From positions 712,323 to 776,322 of the forward strand of contig CAVUAX010000002.1 in assembly GCA_963739685.1 (NCBI GenBank): a DNA stretch of 64,000 bases. The letters run 5' to 3'. Under the pieces are notes generated by a model, which did not search any database, had not been told where the DNA came from, and was given only the letters and a program-made list of their open reading frames with translations. Every line of letters begins with the position of its first letter. Positions within the stretch are counted from its first letter, which is position 1. Source of the DNA: an uncultured Bacteroidales bacterium. Its GTDB lineage: Bacteria > Bacteroidota > Bacteroidia > Bacteroidales > VadinHA17. Below, piece after piece: positions 49,375 through 59,573 of the stretch. Both the position numbers and the translations under genes were made by a program.

Positions 49375-50481
49375 TTATTTCTTTTCGTTCAAAGTCTCGT
49401 TTACCTTTTCATAGAGAGCTTCTCCGCGAAGATTTTTTGCTATTATGGTACCCTTTTCGTCAACCAGGAAGTTGGCAGGAATGGAGTTTACCGCATATAA
49501 ACGTGCTGCAGTATTATTCCAGTACTGAAGATCTGAAACATTTGTCCAGGTTAATTTATCGTCAGCAATTGCCTTTACCCAGGCCTCTTTTGTCCGGTCG
49601 AGAGATACTCCAAGAACATCAAAACCTTTCTTATGAAATTGGTTATAAACCTTTACAAGATTGGGATTCTCCTGACGGCAGGGATTGCACCAAGCAGCCC
49701 AGAAGTCAATAAGAAGAAGCTTTGAACCTATAATGGATGAAAGAGTTATGGGGTTTCCATTTACATCATTCATTGTAAAATCGGGAGCCTTCTGCCCTAC
49801 TGCTACAACTTTCATTTCGGCTAACCGAGCTTTCAGGCTCTTGATAAGTGGCACTTTCGCTACATTAGTATCCATTGCGTTAATGTAAGACTCTATTTCA
49901 TCAGGTTCCATCTCAGGGCTGAGGCTGTAAAGTATTGATGGTGAGACATATGACTTCGGATTTTTCCTGACAAAATCTTTCTGCAGAGCTGTCATATCGT
50001 TCTGAATAGCCACCGCTTGCTTCTCCAGCTCGGCAATCCTGCTGGTATTTCCTAACTGGGAGGCATTTTGATATTCTGAATATAACTTTGCGAATTTGTC
50101 GCTTAAAGTCTTATTTGAATCTATAAAAGACTGGTACTCATTCTGTGTTTTTGACCCGGTTATCTTTGCATTATTAAGTGAATCGAGTTTTCCTGTTATG
50201 GTGATCTTTGAGTCTTCAATATAGAATGAGGTTCTCATTCTTTTAGTTTTTGCTACCAGTTGCACCATCTGAGGGTACTCTACTGAACCACCTTTCATCT
50301 TAAATTTTCCTTTCTTTGACATTGCTGAATCAATTGTTATGATTTGCCCGTCATCACGTTTCTGGAGAAGAAATTCAACGTTGTCAGAACCAGATATATC
50401 TCCAATAATAGTATAATGAGGTTCAGAAGAGCAGGCAGCCATTAAAAGCATAATCCCTGACAGGTAAAATATTTTTTTCAT
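49375..50481 (-). CDS. TlpA-like thiol:disulfide oxidoreductase lipoprotein
   Basis: Lipobox MAACSS, an N-terminal beta domain of DUF4369 type, and a thioredoxin fold with WAAWCNPC. Confidence 0.85.
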   Translation of the reverse strand: MKKIFYLSGIMLLMAACSSEPHYTIIGDISGSDNVEFLLQKRDDGQIITIDSAMSKKGKFKMKGGSVEYPQMVQLVAKTKRMRTSFYIEDSKITITGKLDSLNNAKITGSKTQNEYQSFIDSNKTLSDKFAKLYSEYQNASQLGNTSRIAELEKQAVAIQNDMTALQKDFVRKNPKSYVSPSILYSLSPEMEPDEIESYINAMDTNVAKVPLIKSLKARLAEMKVVAVGQKAPDFTMNDVNGNPITLSSIIGSKLLLIDFWAAWCNPCRQENPNLVKVYNQFHKKGFDVLGVSLDRTKEAWVKAIADDKLTWTNVSDLQYWNNTAARLYAVNSIPANFLVDEKGTIIAKNLRGEALYEKVNETLNEKK

Positions 50482-50578
50482 ACAAAATGATTTTAAATTT
50501 GTATCTCTTTTAAAATGATATGGTTTACAAAGATAACAATATTTTTTGACCCGCTTATTTTTAAAGGTGCTTAAATAT

Positions 50579-50616
50579 CAGGAAGGGTATCAGATCAGTC
50601 ACTGATACCCTTCCTG
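50579..50616 (-). terminator. 15-bp stem hairpin downstream of the DUF1573 gene
   Basis: CAGGAAGGGTATCAG-ATCAGTCA-CTGATACCCTTCCTG. The U tract after it on the minus strand is weak (ATATTT). Confidence 0.5.
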
Positions 50617-50645
50617 AAACTAATTATCAGAAGCTGTCTGAAGTA

Positions 50646-51737
50646 TTATTTTGCACCAACCGGTTCTCCAACCTCAGCATTAAGCATTAAGACAACCTCA
50701 GAATTTCTGGGGTCGTTGGTATAAACATAAATGATTTTTGTAACTTTACCTTTATAGGTTCCCGAATTAAAAACAGCTTTGATTGAGCTCGATTCACCGG
50801 GCTTGATACCAACTCCCTGGGGACCCTGCTGTATTGCAGTGCAACCGCAGGTTGACTTCACCTGCCTCAATATCAGATCTCTTTTGCCAAGGTTTGTGAA
50901 TTTGAACTCTGCTTCTTTTGCGGTGTTGCCGGGGATATTACCAAGATCAACAGTATTGGATACAACACCAAATACCGGAGCATTTGCCATATCTTCTTTT
51001 GAAAGATTCGAAAAATCTTCAACCAGATTTGCTGAAACATAGTAATAAACATTTTCCTGAACCACTCCATTAAGCTTTATTTTTACCATATCGCTGACAT
51101 TTCCCCAACCCTGATTTTTTGTAGCATCATAAGTTCCCTCCACAATACCTTTCTGTCCGGGCTTAAGAGTCGCAGGATTCGCCTTTATACTGAGGTGAGC
51201 AGGAAGCTGGTCGAACTCTACTTTAATCGGAACAGTGGAGGTATTTATCAGCTGCATTACCCTAATCTTCTTTTCGGTTTTTTTTACGTTAGTGAATGCA
51301 AGATGATTGGATTCAAACCTTATTCCACCTACGGGGAAAGTAAATAGCTCTTCCACAGTTTTTTCATGAGGAACAACTTCGCCCTTAATCACAAGTACAA
51401 CTACTTCAGGTTTGGAATTTGTATAAACAGAAAGTGTTTTATTAAACTGCCCCGGCCGGTTTACAGGATCATAAATTGCCGTAATTTTACCAGTACCTCC
51501 TGCCGGAATTGGGGTTCTTGTCCATTCCGGTGTTGTACACCCGCAAGAGGCAACAATATTCTGAATAACAAGGGGTGCATTTCCGGTATTTGTCACATTA
51601 AAGTCAAATGTCTGCCTCCCGGCTTCTTCCCTGAAAGTCCCAAAATCATGTTCACTTACTGATACTTTCATCAGGGGCTGTGAGAACACAGTAACCCCGA
51701 AAACAGATAGCAAAATAAGAAAAAAACATTTTTTCAT
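50646..51737 (-). CDS. DUF1573 domain-containing secreted protein
   Basis: Signal peptide. Two DUF1573-type modules are marked by ASCGCTTPEW and STCGCTAIQQG. Confidence 0.8.
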   Translation of the reverse strand: MKKCFFLILLSVFGVTVFSQPLMKVSVSEHDFGTFREEAGRQTFDFNVTNTGNAPLVIQNIVASCGCTTPEWTRTPIPAGGTGKITAIYDPVNRPGQFNKTLSVYTNSKPEVVVLVIKGEVVPHEKTVEELFTFPVGGIRFESNHLAFTNVKKTEKKIRVMQLINTSTVPIKVEFDQLPAHLSIKANPATLKPGQKGIVEGTYDATKNQGWGNVSDMVKIKLNGVVQENVYYYVSANLVEDFSNLSKEDMANAPVFGVVSNTVDLGNIPGNTAKEAEFKFTNLGKRDLILRQVKSTCGCTAIQQGPQGVGIKPGESSSIKAVFNSGTYKGKVTKIIYVYTNDPRNSEVVLMLNAEVGEPVGAK

Positions 51738-51944
51738 TTTAATCAGTATTAATTAAATATCTATAATACAACTAGTTATATTAAATCAAGTTTATTTGTC
51801 AACTCCGGTTTATACCATAACTATGCTTGTTAAGCAATAGTTGCATGAGACAATACAAAAAACGGACCGTAAAATTAATTATTATAAAACGCAACAAAAT
51901 TAATAAAGTTTACCCTTTTTAGGTATTTTAAAACAGAATATCAT

Positions 51945-51952
51945 TAGTTTTG
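51945..51952 (+). promoter_or_regulatory. Candidate -7 box TAGTTTTG
   Basis: Exact TAnnTTTG match, 73 nt upstream of the ATG at 52025. Confidence 0.35.
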
Positions 51953-52024
51953 TTACATAATCGTGAATAACTGGAATAAAATTTGCTGGAGCCAGTTACG
52001 TTTCATTATATGAAGATATTGAGA

Positions 52025-55000
52025 ATGTCAAAATTCAGAAGGCTTATAATTACCATTATAACGCTGATTATTTATCTTAATGCAAATGGTCAGTTTTATA
52101 ATGGCCTTCAGATGAATTTTGGTAAAAACAAAGTACAATACTTCGATTATTACTGGTCTTTCTACAGGTTTGATAATTTCGATTGTTATTTTAATGAATA
52201 CGGAAGTGATATTGCTCAGTTCACAGCAAATTATGCAACGAAGAAACTTGAAGAGATCCAGGATTATTTCGATTACACTCTCGATAAAAGGATAATTTTC
52301 ATCATTTTCAATAAAAACGCAGAATATAAACAATCTAACATAGGCCTTGTAACATTTGAGGAAGACAGTTACAATACCGGGGGGTTCAACAGGATAATAA
52401 AAAACAAGGTAATGCTTTATTATGAAGGCGACCACGTTGCTTTTCAGAAACAAATAGCGTCAGCCATTACTCAGGTGATAGTCAACGAAATGCTTTATAA
52501 CGCGGATGTTAAGGACCGCATTTCAAGTTCCTCAATGATCTATACACCAGACTGGTACCTCAAGGGTCTGACACATTATGTTGCATACGGGTGGGATTAT
52601 GAAGCTGAAAACAGAGTAAAAGATGGTCTTAAATCGGGTAAATTCAAAAACATAAACCACCTAGAGTATGATGATGCGATTGATGCAGGCCAGTCATTCT
52701 GGAGATTCATAGGTAAGAAATATGGAGATGCTGTGATTCCAAATATTATTTACCTGACAAAAATTTACAAAAACGTTAATGATGGTTTCCTGTATGTTCT
52801 GGGCAAGAAACTAAAGGATCTTCTGAAAGAGTGGAAAGAGTTCTACGATGAGGAATATTCGGGGGACAAGGGATTACCTGCATATGACGAAAATGTAATC
52901 AGAAAGTCAAAAAAAGAACAAATATTTCAGGAAGTAAGCGTCTCTCCCGATGGGAAATATATTGCCTATGTTACAAACGACTGGGGAAGAAAAAGGATAT
53001 GGCTATATGACCAGACTACCGGGAAACGGAAAATCATTTACAGGGCTGAACCAAGGTTTGAACAGGTTACAGATAATACCTATCCTGTACTTGCATGGCA
53101 CCCAAGCGGGAAAATACTTACATACATATCTGATGTAAAGGCAGCGCTGGTAATGTATTTCTACCGGACTAATGAAAAGACAACTGAAAAGCGAAACCTT
53201 TTATATTTTGATAAGGTGCTTGACTTTTCCTATTCTCCCGAGGGATCGCGGCTCGTCTTTTCTGCTGTAAAGGATGGGATTACTGACATATATATTCATA
53301 CAATTGCTTCAGGTACTAATGAACAGATCACAAGGGATGTTGCTGATGATCTGAATCCTTCATTCCTGAAAAATCCTCCTGAAAGGATTATTTTTTCTTC
53401 AAACAGGCTCTCGGATACTCTCACAAATACAGGTAGTCCATTTGAAAGAGTCTCTCTTACATTTGACCTGTTTACATATAATACATCTGGGAAAAGCAAG
53501 GTCCTCACAAAATTGGCTGAAGGGCAGTATAACGACAAATTTTCTCCTGCTGAAACCGGTACTAACAGGTTAGACTATCTTGGAGATGCAACTGGCGTAT
53601 TTAACAGATTCACTGCAACTTTTGACAGCTCAATAAGTTACATCGACACCGCAACTCATTATCGGTTTTTTATCAAATCCCAGCCACTAACCAATTATGA
53701 CCGAAATATACTAAGTCAGTCTGTTGTGAACGGATCCGATACCTATGGGGAAGTCATCTTTAATAAAAGAAGATATATGTTAAGGAAGGGGTTGCTCAGC
53801 AATTCCAAACCAATTCCTGAAAATGAGATTGTCCTCAGCACATTCCGGAAAGACAGGAACCGGTTTATTCATAAAGCCGACAGTATTGAGCAGCTGCGTC
53901 AATGGCTCCTGGCCGAGGACAGGAAAAGGAGAGATACCCTTACAAAACCTTTATATGAGTACTACATTAAGAATGAGCCTATAGATATAAACCATTACAT
54001 CTTTGAGAAAGAGAAAGAAAACTATTATGACCAGTTATGGAAGAAGGATTATATGAATATTGATCTTGATACGGGTGAATTAAGACTACCGTCTATAAGG
54101 ATCTACGAGACTTCATTTTATAATAATTATATTTCCAATCAGATTGATTTCAGCTTTCTGAATAATTCATACCAGGTGTACAGTGGCGGAGCTCCCTACT
54201 TTAATCCGGGGGTGAATATCATGACCAGAATTGGTGCTCTGGATCTGTTCGAAGATTATCGTATAACAGGAGGTTTCAGGTTCTCCGGCAACTTCGACAG
54301 CAATGAATACCTGTTAAGTGTTGAGAACCTTAAAGGTACCTTTGACAAGCAGTTTATATTTCACCGGCAAGTATTTTATGCGACTGATAATCAAAACCAG
54401 AATATTTTTAAAATATACACCCATAATCTTTATCTCTCATATTCAAAACCATTCACTCCCGTACTTGCACTTAAAACCACACTGTCATACAGGAACGACC
54501 ACCAGGTTGTCCTTGCCACTGACCTGGCTTCGCTCAATGCAGGGAGTCTTTCACGTCATTGGGCCAGCCTTAAGGAGGAATTAATTTATGATAATACCCG
54601 GAAGCGAAGTATTAATATATATTTTGGGACAAGATTTAAAATTTTTGGAGAATATTATAAAGAGCTTACACTCGAAAAGTCGGACATGGTTGTCCTCGGA
54701 ATTGATTTCAGAAAATATATCCGAATACACAGAGAACTGATCTGGGCAAACAGGTTTGCAGCAAGTACCTCCTTTGGTCCCACAAAACTGGTTTATTACC
54801 TGGGTGGTGTTGACAACTGGATGGGTTATCTCTTCAATAAATATCCTATGTTCAATACCTCCATCCCTGTCAGCCCTAACAATAACTATGGTTTTCAGGC
54901 TATTGCGACAAATTTGAGAGGTTTCACACAGAACATCAGGAATGGTAATAATTTTGCGCTCATCAACAGCGAAATTCGATGGCCGTTTATTAGATATTTT

Positions 55001-55306
55001 GCAGGACATCCGTTAAGATCCAACTTCCTGAACAGTTTACAGGTGGTGGGTTTCGGTGATATAGGAACAGCCTGGTCCGGGAAAAGTCCCTGGTCAGGAC
55101 AAAATGCTTATGATACTGAGATTATAAAAAACGGACCGGTTACAGTTACACTGGATTCAAACAGGGAACCTATTGTGGGAGGCTTCGGGGCAGGAGCCAG
55201 AGCCCAGATAATGGGATACTTCGTAAGAGCTGACTGGGCATGGGGAGTAGAAAATAATTATATTTTGCCAAGAATATTCTATTTGTCATTCAGTCTCGAC
55301 TTTTAA
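52025..55306 (+). CDS. Large outer-membrane protein: N-terminal domain, PD40 beta-propeller repeats and an Omp85/surface-antigen-like C-terminal barrel
   Basis: The ATG at 52025 gives the signal peptide MSKFRRLIITIITLIIYLNANGQ. PD40-like repeats are VSPDGKYIAYVTND, YSPEGSRLVFSAVKDGITDIYIH and IIFSSNR. The C-terminus GGVDNWM...LRGF...NSEIRWPF...GFGDIGTAW...ends with F. Confidence 0.7.
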   Translation: MSKFRRLIITIITLIIYLNANGQFYNGLQMNFGKNKVQYFDYYWSFYRFDNFDCYFNEYGSDIAQFTANYATKKLEEIQDYFDYTLDKRIIFIIFNKNAEYKQSNIGLVTFEEDSYNTGGFNRIIKNKVMLYYEGDHVAFQKQIASAITQVIVNEMLYNADVKDRISSSSMIYTPDWYLKGLTHYVAYGWDYEAENRVKDGLKSGKFKNINHLEYDDAIDAGQSFWRFIGKKYGDAVIPNIIYLTKIYKNVNDGFLYVLGKKLKDLLKEWKEFYDEEYSGDKGLPAYDENVIRKSKKEQIFQEVSVSPDGKYIAYVTNDWGRKRIWLYDQTTGKRKIIYRAEPRFEQVTDNTYPVLAWHPSGKILTYISDVKAALVMYFYRTNEKTTEKRNLLYFDKVLDFSYSPEGSRLVFSAVKDGITDIYIHTIASGTNEQITRDVADDLNPSFLKNPPERIIFSSNRLSDTLTNTGSPFERVSLTFDLFTYNTSGKSKVLTKLAEGQYNDKFSPAETGTNRLDYLGDATGVFNRFTATFDSSISYIDTATHYRFFIKSQPLTNYDRNILSQSVVNGSDTYGEVIFNKRRYMLRKGLLSNSKPIPENEIVLSTFRKDRNRFIHKADSIEQLRQWLLAEDRKRRDTLTKPLYEYYIKNEPIDINHYIFEKEKENYYDQLWKKDYMNIDLDTGELRLPSIRIYETSFYNNYISNQIDFSFLNNSYQVYSGGAPYFNPGVNIMTRIGALDLFEDYRITGGFRFSGNFDSNEYLLSVENLKGTFDKQFIFHRQVFYATDNQNQNIFKIYTHNLYLSYSKPFTPVLALKTTLSYRNDHQVVLATDLASLNAGSLSRHWASLKEELIYDNTRKRSINIYFGTRFKIFGEYYKELTLEKSDMVVLGIDFRKYIRIHRELIWANRFAASTSFGPTKLVYYLGGVDNWMGYLFNKYPMFNTSIPVSPNNNYGFQAIATNLRGFTQNIRNGNNFALINSEIRWPFIRYFAGHPLRSNFLNSLQVVGFGDIGTAWSGKSPWSGQNAYDTEIIKNGPVTVTLDSNREPIVGGFGAGARAQIMGYFVRADWAWGVENNYILPRIFYLSFSLDF

Positions 55307-55397
55307 ACACCTCATAAGCCGCGATCCGCACAAACTTATGAAGTAAACATAATCCCTATATATTTATCATGTTTCTTTTACATTTAAAAAATTTAGG

Positions 55398-55405
55398 TAC
55401 TTTTG
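55398..55405 (+). promoter_or_regulatory. Candidate -7 box TACTTTTG for the ferredoxin gene
   Basis: Exact TAnnTTTG match, 42 nt upstream of the ATG at 55447. Confidence 0.45.
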
Positions 55406-55446
55406 TGTGCAATTAATGTAATTTATTTAACTAAAAACACATAGAG

Positions 55447-55614
55447 ATGGCTTATAAAATTAATGATGATTGCACTGCATGCGGAACCTGTATAGATGAG
55501 TGTCCGGTTGAAGCTATATCTGAAGGCGATATCTATAAAATTGATCCGGATGTATGTACCGACTGTGGTGCCTGCGCAGACGTTTGTCCGGTTGAGGCAA
55601 TTCATCCTGAATAA
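55447..55614 (+). CDS. 2x[4Fe-4S] ferredoxin (55 aa; below the ORF-track length cutoff)
   Basis: My own translation is MAYKINDDCTACGTCIDECPVEAISEGDIYKIDPDVCTDCGACADVCPVEAIHPE with TAA at 55612-55614. It contains two CxxCxxCxxxCP motifs. Confidence 0.9.
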   Translation: MAYKINDDCTACGTCIDECPVEAISEGDIYKIDPDVCTDCGACADVCPVEAIHPE

Positions 55615-55637
55615 TTCCTGCAATCAAAATGAACATG

Positions 55638-55664
55638 GGCTGTACCTTTCGGTACAGCCTTTTT
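55638..55664 (+). terminator. Rho-independent terminator after the ferredoxin gene
   Basis: GGCTGTACC-TTTC-GGTACAGCC followed by TTTTT. It sits between the convergent ferredoxin and metY genes. Confidence 0.8.
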
Positions 55665-55670
55665 CATTTA

Positions 55671-57002
<1,332 letters not shown>

Positions 57003-57069
57003 TTAATTATAAATTTGTTTCTATCTCTTCGTGTTCTTATCTGATCCATTCATTGATCATGAATATTGT

Positions 57070-58017
57070 TCAGGTTGTTACAACGTCAGGGCTATAAAGT
57101 AAGGTAGTCAGGTAGCGTTCACCTGTATCCGGAAGTATAACAACAATAATTTTATCTTTATTCCCGGGTCTTAAAGCAACCTGAAGAGCGCCGAAAACAG
57201 CTGCCCCGGACGATATACCTACAATCAGACCTTCGGTGCCGGCAAGCTCCTGTCCGGTGTGAAAGGCCTGTTCATTTTTCACTGTAATAATTTCATCAAT
57301 AACAGACATGTTAAGAACATCCGGTATAAAACCGGCACCAATTCCCTGTATTTTATGAGACCCCGGATTCCCTCCTGACATAACCGGAGAATCAGATGGT
57401 TCCACAGCAATAACCTTTATCCCCGGATTCCTTTTTTTCAGTATTTCACCAACACCGGTTATGGTACCACCAGTTCCGACTCCGGCAACAAAAATATCAA
57501 CTTTTCCATCTGTATCCCTCCATATTTCCTCTGCTGTTGTCTTTCGATGAATATCAGGATTGGCAGGATTCTTAAACTGCTGCGGAATATAAGAATCCGG
57601 TATATTTGATGCCAGTTCCTCAGCTTTCCTGATAGCACCATTCATCCCTTCAGAAGCAGATGTAAGAACAATATCAGCACCAAGGGCTTTTAATAAACTG
57701 CGACGTTCAATGCTCATTGATTCAGGCATTGTCAAAACCAGTTTATAGCCTTTTGCAGCTGCCACAAGTGCTAGTGCAATCCCGGTATTACCACTGGTGG
57801 GTTCAATTATAACCGTATTTTCTTTTATTAGCCCCTTCTCTTCAGCAGCTTTTATCATAGAATATCCGATACGGTCTTTAACACTGCCTCCCGGATTGAA
57901 ACTTTCGAGTTTTGCCAGCAGAACAGATTGAAGATTTTTTGACCTGTTATAGTTGGTCAATTCCAACAATGGTGTGTTACCTATAAGGTCTGTCAGACTT
58001 TTTGCAATTTTACTCAT
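57070..58017 (-). CDS. cysK: Cysteine synthase A (O-acetylserine sulfhydrylase)
   Basis: [11 protein letters not shown] lysine [21 protein letters not shown] and [11 protein letters not shown] prefer the ATG at 58017. The 54-codon upstream extension in the track has no similarity to CysK. Confidence 0.93.
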   Translation of the reverse strand: MSKIAKSLTDLIGNTPLLELTNYNRSKNLQSVLLAKLESFNPGGSVKDRIGYSMIKAAEEKGLIKENTVIIEPTSGNTGIALALVAAAKGYKLVLTMPESMSIERRSLLKALGADIVLTSASEGMNGAIRKAEELASNIPDSYIPQQFKNPANPDIHRKTTAEEIWRDTDGKVDIFVAGVGTGGTITGVGEILKKRNPGIKVIAVEPSDSPVMSGGNPGSHKIQGIGAGFIPDVLNMSVIDEIITVKNEQAFHTGQELAGTEGLIVGISSGAAVFGALQVALRPGNKDKIIVVILPDTGERYLTTLLYSPDVVTT

Positions 58018-58103
58018 ATCTTTTAATTTTTTATAATATGCAAAGATCAGCTTATTGGAATAGCGTTTGCAATACCACAAACAGGGTATTTTACCAAACT
58101 GTA

Positions 58104-58136
58104 ATAAGAATAAACAATTGCGGGATTTAAAAAATC
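58104..58136. repeat. 33-bp direct repeat, left copy
   Basis: ATAAGAATAAACAATTGCGGGATTTAAAAAATC versus 58901-58933 ATAAGAATAAACAATTGAGGGATTTAAAAAATC, with 1 mismatch. Confidence 0.9.
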
Positions 58137-58288
58137 CTGACTTCTGACGATTAGTGCGGTCATTGTAGAAGTGCTGCATTGAGGAAAACAGGAAAAGTGG
58201 TTCTGATGTGCAGCAGAATAAGGCATCCTTTTATAAACGATCAGGCAGGTAGTACTCTGTTACTTTATTTTTAATTGTGAGGCGATAA

Positions 58289-58386
58289 GCCACGAAGTGG
58301 CTAAATATGAATAACCCCCGGCGCAGCCTTGCAAGCCGGGGGTAAGATAACACTCTGTTTTATAGCCCTGAAAGGGCGCAATATAA
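58289..58386 (+). ncRNA. Three-hairpin structured module, copy A (candidate RNA or DNA structure)
   Basis: GCCAC-GAA-GTGGC, ATATGAATAA, CCCCCGGC-loop-GCCGGGGG, then GCCCT-GAA-AGGGC. Confidence 0.35.
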
Positions 58387-58440
58387 TTGGATCTCAACGT
58401 ACTTATTGAATATATTAAGAATCAAGTTGAACATCGATTA

Positions 58441-58556
58441 CTTATATCCCGCTCCTTCAGAGCTCATGTTATATGTGGCACCAACCCCCCGGCTTGCGAG
58501 GCTGTGTGCACAGCCTCTTGCGCCGGGGGTTATTCATATCTGGCTCTTTCAGAGCC
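58441..58556 (-). ncRNA. Three-hairpin structured module, copy B (inverted relative to copy A)
   Basis: The minus strand reads GGCTCT-GAA-AGAGCC, ATATGAATAA, CCCCCGGC...GCCGGGGG with an extra palindromic insert GAGGCTGTGCACACAGCCTC, then GCTCT-GAA-GGAGC. Confidence 0.35.
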
Positions 58557-58777
58557 TATACCCCATTCAATGACAGCACTTCTTGTTTTTGTTCATGAAA
58601 TATATTGGTCTGAAAAGTCATCTCTATGACCATGCGAGCTTTCTTTATGAGAAGATCTGATTCCATATTATCTTTGGCACTCCCAATATGTTTATCAATC
58701 TTTGCCAGATACCCAATATATAGAAACACCTGAATTGCATTTACCCTCCATTTAGTCCATACCTTTCTGACTAACCC
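58556..58777 (-). pseudogene. Start-less 73-codon ORF remnant, possibly the C-terminal half of a four-helix-bundle (23S rRNA IVS protein-like) gene
   Basis: My own translation is GLVRKVWTKWRVNAIQVFLYIGYLAKIDKHIGSAKDNMESDLLIKKARMVIEMTFQTNIFHEQKQEVLSLNGV. There is no ATG before codon 38. The family assignment rests only on a loose I-G-S-x4-M-E-x2-L-L-I resemblance. Confidence 0.2.
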
Positions 58778-58900
58778 TTATATATAAGGTAAAAATAGGC
58801 GTTAGTGCGGTAAAAATCTAAATTTAAAATTTTATATTATTAATTTTCAATTACTTGAAAATTACAACCGCACTAAAATCAGAAAGTGTCAGAAGTCAGG

Positions 58901-58933
58901 ATAAGAATAAACAATTGAGGGATTTAAAAAATC
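58901..58933. repeat. 33-bp direct repeat, right copy (overlaps the response-regulator stop codon by 2 nt)
   Basis: See 58104-58136. Confidence 0.9.
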
Positions 58934-59573
58934 AGATATAATACTCGGTAGTGTCAATAATGCCTTTTTTAACTGCATACATCAGTAATTCAGAACTATT
59001 ATTGATATTTAATTTTCTATAGATATTCTTCCGGTGTGTAACAATAGTATGTACGCTCAGAAATTTCTTTGAGGCAATCTCTTTTGTTGTAAATCCCTGG
59101 GCTATCAGTCTTACTATTGCTTTTTCAGCCTTTGAAAGGTCAATATTTCCATTGTTATCCTTACTTTTGCTGTTCATAATAATATCAGACACATTTTTAT
59201 CAAAATATTTATTTTTGTTGAGGGCAGCATGAATAGCTTTCTCAATAGTTTCCCTCTCACAGTCTTTAAATATTAAATCAATGATACCGGCATCCAGGAT
59301 TTTGCGAATATAACTGTATTGTTTATTAGAGGTAATTACCAGAATGGAGGTATCATAATTTCGTTTTCTGAAAACAGATAATTCAACTATGTCGTTAATT
59401 ATGGCGGTGTTGGGATCAATGATTAAAAGTTCTGTATTGTTTTCCGGAACAATCTGTAACAGCTCACCGGGTGTAAAAATTTCTTTTATTTCAGCATCCT
59501 GAAACAGTTCTTTCACCAGAGAAAATGTGCCACTTCTGGAGAGGTAATGATTATCGGCAATAATAATTTTCAT
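58932..59573 (-). CDS. LuxR/NarL family response regulator
   Basis: Receiver domain (MKIIIADNH, ELLIIDPN, VITS) plus a C-terminal HTH, LSKAEKAIVRLIAQGFTTKEIASKKFLSVHTIVTHRKNIYRKL. I prefer the ATG at 59573. Confidence 0.85.
   Translation of the reverse strand: MKIIIADNHYLSRSGTFSLVKELFQDAEIKEIFTPGELLQIVPENNTELLIIDPNTAIINDIVELSVFRKRNYDTSILVITSNKQYSYIRKILDAGIIDLIFKDCERETIEKAIHAALNKNKYFDKNVSDIIMNSKSKDNNGNIDLSKAEKAIVRLIAQGFTTKEIASKKFLSVHTIVTHRKNIYRKLNINNSSELLMYAVKKGIIDTTEYYI

Larger units (their letters stand above)
58137..58900. mobile_element. Candidate non-autonomous (MITE-like or miniature integrated) element, 764 bp, with no intact ORF
   Basis: Terminal inverted repeats are CCTGACTTCTGAC (58136-58148) and GTCAGAAGTCAGG (58888-58900). 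Subterminal GATTAGTGCGGT / ACCGCACTAAAATC follows them. The element is flanked directly by the 33-bp direct repeats. Confidence 0.4.

Noticed and set aside
58018-58179. 54-codon N-terminal extension of cysK in the ORF track
   Set aside because: CysK homology starts at [20 protein letters not shown] (ATG at 58017). The extension reads through the repeat and insertion boundary and has an implausible composition.
58387-58629. 80-aa plus-strand ORF inside the insertion
   Set aside because: It is translated across the inverted structured repeat (copy B) and has a Cys/Ala-rich, low-complexity look. It shows no start context and no recognisable motif.
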